Source: a virus (Duplodnaviria > Caudoviricetes). Taken from it: a DNA stretch of 64,000 nt. The stretch's first letter is position 1. The number at the start of each line of letters is the position of its first letter. Positions 33,206 to 40,610 of this stretch are shown here, piece after piece. Made by a program: the position numbers and the translations under genes. The notes beneath the pieces are model-generated. The model searched no databases. It saw nothing but the letters and a program-made list of their open reading frames with translations, and had not been told where the DNA came from. Location of the stretch: IMG/VR virus record IMGVR_UViG_3300028603_000025, positions 34,936 to 98,935 of that record. One strand, given 5' to 3'.

Positions 33206-34030
33206 ATGAATATCCAAATCAAAGGAACCGCTCCCGAATCACCTATCCTGACTTCTAACGGATACAAGGAGATTCAATCCCTATCTGAATCCGATAACGT
33301 CTGGAACGGAAGTGATTTTGTTCCGGTAAATGTCGAGAAATCTTCCGGGCCTGTAAAGTTACTAAAGGTAAAGACCGATAACGGATTTGAACAGGACTTT
33401 ACGGAAGACCAAGTCTGGTACGTGGTTGATGAACGTTCCACGGTAATCAAGACTAAAACAACCAAGGAACTCCGGATAGGCGACAAACTGATGGAAGTAT
33501 CCTACCCTGTCATTCAAGGGGAAAAGAAGATGCACAAAGCCTATATCAACGGGTATAACGGGGGAAAGCACTATTACAATTCAGGATGGTCGGTGCCAGG
33601 AGTGGTCTATGATATTGACACCCGGGTGAAATGGCTATCAGGAATCATTGATGCACGCGGTTCATTGTTCTCGTACAATACTTCAAGTATGCTTAAGATA
33701 AGCTGTTTGGATTATCAGTTCCTTCGAGAAATCCAGTTCATGTTGCATACGATAGGTATATCTTCTTCCCTGAAAGAAGCCGGATATGGAAAGGAATACA
33801 AACTGGTCCTGAATGACTATGCCTTGTTCCGGTTAAAACGAATCGGGGTTACTCCGTGCAGAATTAACTTGACTTCAGGAACCCGACCGATTAACATACT
33901 TGGAGTGCGTATATTATCTGTAGAAGATTCGGGAAGAAAGGATTCGGCCTATGCGATTGTCGATACCAAACTGGAAACCATGATATGCGGAGGAATATTA
34001 ACAGGAGTTCACGATGGCGAATACTGTTGA
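33206..34030 (+). CDS. free-standing Hint + LAGLIDADG protein, degenerate paralog of the NrdA intein
   Basis: Collinear with 18519-19496 (APE..LT.NGY, VWNG, VEK, KLLKV.T, GDKL, PVI.GE, KAYING, WLSGI.D, FLR.IQ.ML.T.G, GILTG), but with no exteins and no catalytic residues. Confidence 0.88.
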   Translation: MNIQIKGTAPESPILTSNGYKEIQSLSESDNVWNGSDFVPVNVEKSSGPVKLLKVKTDNGFEQDFTEDQVWYVVDERSTVIKTKTTKELRIGDKLMEVSYPVIQGEKKMHKAYINGYNGGKHYYNSGWSVPGVVYDIDTRVKWLSGIIDARGSLFSYNTSSMLKISCLDYQFLREIQFMLHTIGISSSLKEAGYGKEYKLVLNDYALFRLKRIGVTPCRINLTSGTRPINILGVRILSVEDSGRKDSAYAIVDTKLETMICGGILTGVHDGEYC

Positions 34031-34370
34031 GCAGGAAAAGACTTATAAGGAATTCATGATATTTTCGTTGCTTGGTAAACATGCCGACTACTGCGCAAAT
34101 CGAACAAGGATTATATATCTATTCGACGTATCATCAAGCAAAGACTCGAATATTCAGGAAATGGTTCAGTTTATCGACAGAGTCATAGGGTCACGAGGAG
34201 ATTTGGGAATGGTTAATCTATTTTCAATGGACAGAGATAAAGTTCTTGATTACGGGGGATTCCTGGTCGATGACTGGTTCGATAATATAAACCCGGTGGA
34301 TTTCATCAAGCTGAAGACGAACCGGAAGAAATGGATAGACGTGATTGTTAATTCAGGAATGGTATTATGA
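34014..34370 (+). CDS. hypothetical protein (paralog pair, A)
   Basis: Shares G.LVDDWF...NP...IKL.T.R..WI with 34367-34729. Confidence 0.7.
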   Translation: MANTVEQEKTYKEFMIFSLLGKHADYCANRTRIIYLFDVSSSKDSNIQEMVQFIDRVIGSRGDLGMVNLFSMDRDKVLDYGGFLVDDWFDNINPVDFIKLKTNRKKWIDVIVNSGMVL

Positions 34371-34729
34371 CGACCCCGGAACAAGAATATAACTACCTGC
34401 AGTATGTCACCAATATGATTATCGATTACTATCAGGATAATCGAAACATGTCTGGTGTGTACATGTCGGACATGGTTAATTCATCCTCCCCGGTATTTCA
34501 GGAAATATCCCAGTTTGTATATGAGTTATTCGGAAAGAGACATAATATCAGCTTGGTCTGTATGTACTCTGAAAAGTCAGGATTGCTTGTCGATGACTGG
34601 TTCGGTGCCCTGAATCCAATCTATATTATCAAGTTAAGAACCTGTAGGGAAAGATGGATATCCGCGATAAAAGATGAACTTCCGCATATTCGTGAAAAAA
34701 GACTTGACTGGAAGACCAGAAAGGGGTAG
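34367..34729 (+). CDS. hypothetical protein (paralog pair, B)
   Basis: ATGA overlap with the upstream paralog. Confidence 0.7.
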   Translation: MTTPEQEYNYLQYVTNMIIDYYQDNRNMSGVYMSDMVNSSSPVFQEISQFVYELFGKRHNISLVCMYSEKSGLLVDDWFGALNPIYIIKLRTCRERWISAIKDELPHIREKRLDWKTRKG

Positions 34730-34732
34730 AAT
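34704..34732 (+). promoter_or_regulatory. sigma70 early promoter
   Basis: TTGACT-17 nt-TAGAAT. Confidence 0.75.
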
Positions 34733-34769
34733 GCTTCTTATCGTGATGACAAACAGAAAGGAAATCAAA

Positions 34770-34994
34770 ATGAGAAGAACCAAAGAACGCATGCCCAAGC
34801 AACCCGACGGAACCAAATACAACTGGGGCTATAACGACGGACTCAATGCATCATCAATGAAAAATCCGATTCATAGAAACTGGAAAGGAAAAGATGGAAT
34901 CCTTCGTCACTTTGATGAAGCCTATGTAAACGGATACATCGCCGGATATGCTAAGAGTACAGGAACTGTTCTGACTGTGCTGATTCAGGATTGA
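34770..34994 (+). CDS. hypothetical early protein
   Basis: AAAGGA RBS and ATG at 34770; YNWGYNDG...AYVNGYIAGY. Confidence 0.7.
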   Translation: MRRTKERMPKQPDGTKYNWGYNDGLNASSMKNPIHRNWKGKDGILRHFDEAYVNGYIAGYAKSTGTVLTVLIQD

Positions 34995-35002
34995 TGTGAT
35001 GG

Positions 35003-35081
35003 TTGTCGATACCAAACTGGAAACAATGATATGCGGAGGAATATTAACAGGATGTTAAGATGACGAATACTGTTGAGCAGG
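35003..35081 (+). repeat. ~79-bp degenerate copy of 33957-34035
   Basis: ttgtcgataccaaactggaaac-atgatatgcggaggaatattaacagga...gaatactgttgagcagg is present at both sites. Confidence 0.9.
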
Positions 35082-35088
35082 TAAAATA

Positions 35089-35460
35089 ATGAGACAGGAA
35101 TCTGATTTCATAAATCATCTACGAGAAATTGGGTTTACCGTTGTTTCCGGGTTACCCGATCCCGAGAAAGATACGATTATCAGTTTGTACGCCGATATGA
35201 TCCCCAATATAGTAGAACACTACCGGCTCCATGATAAATTCCTCCTTCTATACGATCATTCCTTTGGGGGGTCGTATAGACGGTTGTTATATTATGAAAT
35301 CACTAAAGGTTTCTTGACACAACCTGCTGTATCATATATAACGGACGAAGACCCGATTCGAGTCATAAAGAATAAAATATTGTTCGGATATGTTCAAGAA
35401 TTAGGAAAGATATTGTTTCTTGAGTTGAAGAAAGAAATAAAGAAGAGAAAAATAAAATGA
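35089..35460 (+). CDS. hypothetical protein
   Basis: 123 aa ORF overlapping the next gene. Confidence 0.6.
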   Translation: MRQESDFINHLREIGFTVVSGLPDPEKDTIISLYADMIPNIVEHYRLHDKFLLLYDHSFGGSYRRLLYYEITKGFLTQPAVSYITDEDPIRVIKNKILFGYVQELGKILFLELKKEIKKRKIK

Positions 35461-35834
35461 AACCTATACCAGCAAAACTAATCGTGTCAGCAACAATCGA
35501 GGTCCGGGATAATCGAGACTTCTTAATTCTACAATGGAATGATAGGGAATGTCGTAAAGTATACCGGATTCTATATGATGAAGATACCGCGACAATAGAA
35601 CACTACACGTTTCATGGATACAGAGATGAATGTATGGAACTGGAAGAAGCGGCAAGAATCCTTAAGAACATGGCCGATTACTTACTGGTCGGATATTATC
35701 ATGTCACAGAATGCTACACCGAACCACACCTGCTGCCGATTGAACATTTGTTGAGGAAGAAAGATGATCGATGTTTTTTAAACGGCAACAACCCCAACAA
35801 AATAATACTTGACTCACTGGATGCTGCCGATTGA
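35457..35834 (+). CDS. hypothetical protein
   Basis: 125 aa ORF with ATGA overlap. Confidence 0.6.
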   Translation: MKPIPAKLIVSATIEVRDNRDFLILQWNDRECRKVYRILYDEDTATIEHYTFHGYRDECMELEEAARILKNMADYLLVGYYHVTECYTEPHLLPIEHLLRKKDDRCFLNGNNPNKIILDSLDAAD

Positions 35835-35857
35835 ACATTTGTTGAGGAAGAAAGATG
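35731..35857 (+). repeat. 36-bp perfect direct repeat
   Basis: tgctgccgattgaacatttgttgaggaagaaagatg at 35731-66 and 35822-57. Confidence 0.95.
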
Positions 35858-36039
35858 TTGCTGGTTCATAAGATTGAGTTGCGCCCAACACTAGAACAGG
35901 AGCAATTCTTGTTTCAGTCTGTAGGTGTGCGCCGTTTCACATATAACGCTTTACTGGCCCATTTTAAGCAGGACGGCGTGAATGTTGACTGCGTAAATAA
36001 GCCTAGGTTTTATTGAAAAACATAGATTTTTATGAACGG
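35855..36039 (+). pseudogene. internally deleted tnpB (IS607-like) remnant
   Basis: ORF 35855-36016 MLLVHKIELRPTLEQEQFLFQSVGVRRFTYNALL is a TnpB N-terminal HTH; it is followed by ...agatttttatgaacgg, like IS607 right ends. Confidence 0.75.
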
Positions 36040-36046
36040 TGAAGTT

Positions 36047-36151
36047 ATGAGTAAGATAAAAACTTTCTTAATCGATTTGATTATCACTGCTGTTTTTGCC
36101 ATAGTAGTCGTCCTGGTGCTGGATGCATCCGCCAAAATTTACGGAGATTAA
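36047..36151 (+). CDS. small membrane protein (34 aa)
   Basis: MSKIKTFLIDLIITAVFAIVVVLVLDASAKIYGD; below the ORF-track cutoff. Confidence 0.5.
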   Translation: MSKIKTFLIDLIITAVFAIVVVLVLDASAKIYGD

Positions 36152-36155
36152 AAAA

Positions 36156-37067
36156 ATGAGTATCATCAAACCAATGCTGGCATCAGACTACGACGAATCA
36201 AAATTGAAGTTTCCCTTAATCGTTCAACCAAAGATTGACGGAGTTCGTTCTCTTAATCAGAATGGAGTTCTTGTCGGGCGTTCATTAAAGAAGCATGCAA
36301 ATAAATACGTCGCGTCTTTGTTCTCGGGTCCTGAACTGGACGGATTGGATGGAGAAATCTGCGTAACCGGAAAAGTAACCTCCCAGGATGCATGCCGGGC
36401 AACTACTTCGGCCTTGAACAGCATAGAAGGAGAACCAAGGGTAACCTGGTGGATATTCGATTACATTACTCCGGAAACTGAAGGGCTACCTTATTCTGAA
36501 CGATATGAATTAGCACGCAAGAAAGTTCTGTCCTTGATAGGTGACTTTCCGAACATTGATATAATAGAAGCTGATGTTGTTAATTCCTTACCAGAACTAC
36601 TAGAATTCGATTCTAAGTGTCTTGATATCGGATTTGAAGGAACCATTATCCGGGACCCGAACAAGCCGCACAAACGAGGCCGTTCTACTGTTCGGGAAGG
36701 AGGACTATTAAGGATAAAACGTTTCATGGAAGAAGAAGCCGTGGTAGTTTACGTAAAGGAAGGAAAGCTCAATAATAACGAAGCAACCGAAAACGAACTG
36801 GGACTGACTTCTCGTTCTTCCCATAAGGAGAACATGATTCCAAACGGACAAGTCGGAACGATAGTCTGTATCGACACAAAGACCGGAAAGGAAATCAACG
36901 TATCTCCGGGAAGACTGACCGAACAAGAAAGGATTTACTATTGGTATAACCAAACTGAAATGATTGGAAAGACCATCAAATACAAGTTCTTTCCGAAAGG
37001 AATCAAGAATAAACCGAGATTTCCTACGTTCCAATCATTCAGGATGAGTTCTGATATCGGGAATTAA
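36156..37067 (+). CDS. minimal ATP-dependent DNA ligase
   Basis: KPMLA, QPKIDGVR (motif I), LDGEI, FEGTIIR, LLRIKRF and PRFPTF; GGAG RBS. Confidence 0.95.
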   Translation: MSIIKPMLASDYDESKLKFPLIVQPKIDGVRSLNQNGVLVGRSLKKHANKYVASLFSGPELDGLDGEICVTGKVTSQDACRATTSALNSIEGEPRVTWWIFDYITPETEGLPYSERYELARKKVLSLIGDFPNIDIIEADVVNSLPELLEFDSKCLDIGFEGTIIRDPNKPHKRGRSTVREGGLLRIKRFMEEEAVVVYVKEGKLNNNEATENELGLTSRSSHKENMIPNGQVGTIVCIDTKTGKEINVSPGRLTEQERIYYWYNQTEMIGKTIKYKFFPKGIKNKPRFPTFQSFRMSSDIGN

Positions 37068-37069
37068 AA

Positions 37070-37435
37070 ATGACGTTGTTAATCACCTTGCATACCGCAC
37101 GAAAGCTCGATGCTTATAAAAACTCAAAAATTTTATCATCGATTATAGAACCTCTTGAGTGGAAAGATTACGCATGTATTTACGTAGGAAAGAATAATTC
37201 CCCGAACAGAAAATTCTTCCTCAAGAAATTACGTCATAGAATAAGCCAGGAAATTACGTTTAATCTTTGCCAAGAAGAGGATGGAGTACTCTCGAGAACT
37301 AAATTATCGGCATTTCTTAGTTCTCCAGAACTTCAAGAAAAGGCAATGACAGACTTCGACGACATCACCAAAGAAATTGAGTTAAAAGGATTCAGATACT
37401 ATGATAAATATGACACTGCTGACCGTAAAGAATAA
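37070..37435 (+). CDS. hypothetical protein
   Basis: 121 aa ORF in a co-directional cluster. Confidence 0.6.
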   Translation: MTLLITLHTARKLDAYKNSKILSSIIEPLEWKDYACIYVGKNNSPNRKFFLKKLRHRISQEITFNLCQEEDGVLSRTKLSAFLSSPELQEKAMTDFDDITKEIELKGFRYYDKYDTADRKE

Positions 37436-37925
37436 GTTTTATTCTGAGCTGAACAGACGTGGAATTAAGACGGGGAATGATTTTCGACGACATAATCTGC
37501 GAGCCTATCTTGATATTTGCGGAGCACCTTCTTTTATCAAGAAGAACGATCTAGTAGAAGAATATCCGTTTATAATGTCATCGTGTAGAAAGTCTTTTTT
37601 ATACGAATCCTATCTGATATTTTCTCTGACCCCGGTCACTATTTCTCCAGACGGAACGATAGAATGGAAACAAATTGCTCTTGAATTTGAGCCCGAAGGT
37701 AATAGTTTAACCGATAAACCATATCGGGAAAGGATTGATGATATCATAGACCGAATGGTGTATAAGATGTACGTAAAAGAGCTTGTCAAACTGAAGGAAT
37801 GTGGTATAATGATGGTTAAGGAGTTGTTTGAAAGTAAGGACGAGAACGGAGTTCCTATTTATTATCACACGGAGGAACCAAATGAGAAAGTTAGTGCTGG
37901 AACGATTCAAGAAACATTTCGATGA
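37401..37925 (+). CDS. hypothetical protein (family with 38774-39304)
   Basis: C-terminal Y.KEL...F.SKDENG.P.YY shared with 38774-39304. Confidence 0.65.
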   Translation: MINMTLLTVKNKFYSELNRRGIKTGNDFRRHNLRAYLDICGAPSFIKKNDLVEEYPFIMSSCRKSFLYESYLIFSLTPVTISPDGTIEWKQIALEFEPEGNSLTDKPYRERIDDIIDRMVYKMYVKELVKLKECGIMMVKELFESKDENGVPIYYHTEEPNEKVSAGTIQETFR

Positions 37926-38328
37926 CGATACAGTATACAAATACACAGGAATTACCAAATACAGCTTATCTAATGGGAAGACTCTACAGACTGGTGACTT
38001 AGGAACCGTTAGAGTAGATCTTAATTCGGATGGATCAGTTAATGGTAGATACTTCCATACTGAAGATGCTATATGGTCTGTTCACTTAATGGACTATGAA
38101 GAACCAGAGGTTAAATCTAAAGAGTTCACTTCAGATGCACATGTAACAAAAGGGACATATGTGCTTGTGAAAAGTACCGGACATATTGGAACGGTAGTAG
38201 GAGTCAATGCACGTTCAATGCTGTGTGTTAGCACCAACAACAAACATTCCTATTATGACACTAGTGAATTATTGATTTACTATCCTTCTATATGGGAAGA
38301 ACTTAGATATTTCATTACTGGTAAATAA
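37882..38328 (+). CDS. hypothetical protein with SH3/KOW-like C-terminus
   Basis: GGAGG RBS; KGTYVLVKSTGHIGTVVGV. Confidence 0.6.
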   Translation: MRKLVLERFKKHFDDDTVYKYTGITKYSLSNGKTLQTGDLGTVRVDLNSDGSVNGRYFHTEDAIWSVHLMDYEEPEVKSKEFTSDAHVTKGTYVLVKSTGHIGTVVGVNARSMLCVSTNNKHSYYDTSELLIYYPSIWEELRYFITGK

Positions 38329-38361
38329 ACCAATATTTAATTAATAGGGCGTGGAGATAAA

Positions 38362-38547
38362 ATGTTATTTGAACTTGCACGATTTATTATCTGGTCTGTG
38401 AAAGGATCATACGGCGCTGTTGTAAACCGTAAACGACATATCGAAAACGCCAAAGGATTGCTGTTACTTGCATTACGAGGCTTGATTTATCTATGCGTGT
38501 CGGCAGCGGCTCTTAATGTCCTAACCGGATGGGGAATAATAAAATGA
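38362..38547 (+). CDS. small membrane protein
   Basis: GGAG RBS; hydrophobic C-terminal half. Confidence 0.55.
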   Translation: MLFELARFIIWSVKGSYGAVVNRKRHIENAKGLLLLALRGLIYLCVSAAALNVLTGWGIIK

Positions 38548-38792
38548 TAAACACTACAAGTAGCACAAATATGGATAATGAAAATTATTGGTATGAGTCA
38601 TATGCTGCATATTCACCTAAAGATAGTGGATGGATAGCAGGAGTATTTATGACTGCTCAGACAACTACTCAATGTATTTGGGTAGAGCCAGAGATTATCT
38701 ATTCAACTAAGTATCATGCCAAGATAGTAGCTGAGCAACAAATTATTAGATTACTGGCTATACAAAAAGAAGAATGTCAATGGATATTGTAA
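38544..38792 (+). CDS. hypothetical protein
   Basis: ATGA overlap. Confidence 0.55.
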   Translation: MINTTSSTNMDNENYWYESYAAYSPKDSGWIAGVFMTAQTTTQCIWVEPEIIYSTKYHAKIVAEQQIIRLLAIQKEECQWIL

Positions 38793-39304
38793 TTAGAAGA
38801 GCTTTCGGGGAACGCATGAAAAAACTCGGGCTAAGTTATTGTAGAATAAACGGCCACCCCCGAATCATTTTTTCCTTGGGATATAGCCTTGGACCAAAGA
38901 AAATCCAGAAATTTCTTTGTGGAGTTGGTGTAGAACTGGCCGCTTATGAAGCACTCACTTCCTTGGATTTTGCGAGCAAAGTTCTATTATATACCAATTA
39001 CTCTAAAATTTGGTTTTCTCTTCTTGACGACGGTAGATGTAAGTGGCATGATGATGGGCCACTTGTTAAAGTTCGAGAAAGATATGAATCGAGTAAATTT
39101 TTCTTGACGTATAATGACGGAGGAAAATATATCTATAAGGGAAACCTGGATCTAATCCAACGAACTATTTTGGAGACTTACATCAACGAGTTGGATCAGT
39201 TGAGTAAAATCTACATTAAGGAAATCGAGAAGATTTTTCTTGAGAAAGACGAGAACGGTAAACCAAAGTATTACAGCACAAAACATATCCTTAGAACGGC
39301 TTGA
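38774..39304 (+). CDS. hypothetical protein (family with 37401-37925)
   Basis: YINELDQL...FLEKDENGKPKYYS. Confidence 0.65.
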   Translation: MSMDIVIRRAFGERMKKLGLSYCRINGHPRIIFSLGYSLGPKKIQKFLCGVGVELAAYEALTSLDFASKVLLYTNYSKIWFSLLDDGRCKWHDDGPLVKVRERYESSKFFLTYNDGGKYIYKGNLDLIQRTILETYINELDQLSKIYIKEIEKIFLEKDENGKPKYYSTKHILRTA

Positions 39305-39329
39305 CGTAAAGTAAACAAGGAGAAATAAA

Positions 39330-39635
39330 ATGTTAATAAGTAGCCAACGTTGGCTGGACGATGATACAGTACAAGCCAAGCGTGTGTGGAAAGACTACGT
39401 CGTGACCGTCTCGCCTGAGTTCGAAATCGACGGTATTGTGATGCAGGCAATTATTGATGGTCATCACGCACTTGCAGCAGCCAAAGCAGATGGGGTGGTT
39501 CCTGAAATAATAGTTGCTACCAAGCGGGATGATGACAGGGTTGCATTGATTGAAAAATCAATCGATGACTTCCTCATTATGTGGTATCTCGATTCTGATT
39601 GGTATGATGTCGAAACGGGTATACCAATTTTTTAA
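39330..39635 (+). CDS. ParB/Srx-like domain protein
   Basis: IIDGHHALAAA motif; AAGGAG RBS. Confidence 0.65.
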   Translation: MLISSQRWLDDDTVQAKRVWKDYVVTVSPEFEIDGIVMQAIIDGHHALAAAKADGVVPEIIVATKRDDDRVALIEKSIDDFLIMWYLDSDWYDVETGIPIF

Positions 39636-39640
39636 AACAC

Positions 39641-39669
39641 TTGACAGCGCCGAAATGTGCTGTTAAAAT
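39641..39669 (+). promoter_or_regulatory. sigma70 early promoter
   Basis: TTGACA-17 nt-TAAAAT; an imperfect palindrome spans the promoter. Confidence 0.8.
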
Positions 39670-39704
39670 GTTTACATCAAATAAACAAACAAGGAGACAC
39701 ACCA

Positions 39705-39899
39705 ATGAGTCAAAAGATTTGGAGATCCATGATTCAGAAATGTAGTTGTTTCTGCGGTAAGTACACGGATGTAAACGAGCAGTGTGAAAAATGTGGGGTA
39801 AACCCACAGTGGCCACAAGCTCAAAAACGTTATGCGTACGATCGTATCATGAAAAGAGCGACAATTAACGAGTATGAGTATGAGTATGAGGAGGATTAA
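39705..39899 (+). CDS. small Cys-rich (zinc-ribbon-like) protein
   Basis: CSCFCG...CEKCG; AAGGAG RBS. Confidence 0.65.
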   Translation: MSQKIWRSMIQKCSCFCGKYTDVNEQCEKCGVNPQWPQAQKRYAYDRIMKRATINEYEYEYEED

Positions 39900-39900
39900 G

Positions 39901-40191
39901 ATGAAAAGATTGGCCTTTATCAGTAGACATCACCCCACCGCCACGCAGTTTGAGTTGGCAAACGAATCTGGATACGAACTGGTTCATGTGGGGGACGTCG
40001 ATGCATTTTCCGATGATTTGGATGTTGTCAAAGAAATGGGATGCGACGCAGTATGTTGTGTCCATCCAGCAATTGCCATGAAAGCGGCAGCACTTGGCTA
40101 TCCTGTCTCCGTTTTTGAAAATGGCAATCGCGCGCCGGAAGGCGAGAAGCCGCAATTTTTCGCCAAGAAATTGTGGTTATATGGACGATAA
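39901..40191 (+). CDS. hypothetical protein
   Basis: GAGGAGG RBS; AFISRH.PT..Q, GDVDAF, VHPAIA and FENGNRAPEGEKPQF. Confidence 0.7.
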   Translation: MKRLAFISRHHPTATQFELANESGYELVHVGDVDAFSDDLDVVKEMGCDAVCCVHPAIAMKAAALGYPVSVFENGNRAPEGEKPQFFAKKLWLYGR

Positions 40192-40257
40192 TCACATACA
40201 AGGAGAGTAAAATGCTGATCAGTAGCCAACGTTGGCTCAAAGCTCGGGAGGTAGGCA

Positions 40258-40491
40258 ATGACAGCCAATAAGCCTGCACGGAAGATTCGGTATCGTGACC
40301 GCCTGCGCACACACCCCGGCAAAGGCGTGGCCACCCTGCTCACGCTGTGCGGCGGGCGGGCTGGCGCATCGAATGAAAATGCGCCGCTCCTTGCAGGTTT
40401 CGTCGCGGGTGCATTATTCATGGGCGTGTTCGTCTGGGGCATCGTCCTATGGACTGCCCGAACACAACCAGTACGCGAGGACGAGATATGA
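40258..40491 (+). CDS. GC-rich small membrane protein
   Basis: GGAGG RBS; two hydrophobic segments; GC content visibly above the surroundings. Confidence 0.6.
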   Translation: MTANKPARKIRYRDRLRTHPGKGVATLLTLCGGRAGASNENAPLLAGFVAGALFMGVFVWGIVLWTARTQPVREDEI

Positions 40492-40499
40492 CAACCAAT

Positions 40500-40532
40500 A
40501 AGTCCTGTCGTTTAGTGCGGGGATGATGTCAA
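40500..40532 (+). mobile_element. degenerate IS200/IS605-type right end
   Basis: aagtcctgtcgtttagtgcggggatgatgtcaa: hairpin with a TCAA terminus. Confidence 0.45.
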
Positions 40533-40610
40533 TTCTGTAGCACTAATCAAATTGATTTCAATGATCATATTACCAAATAAACCCTAACTAACCATTTAAT
40601 AACTATATAT

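Noticed and set aside
33206-34030. Reading this ORF as one half of another split intein
   Set aside because: It contains both the N- and C-terminal Hint regions, has no extein and lacks the nucleophiles
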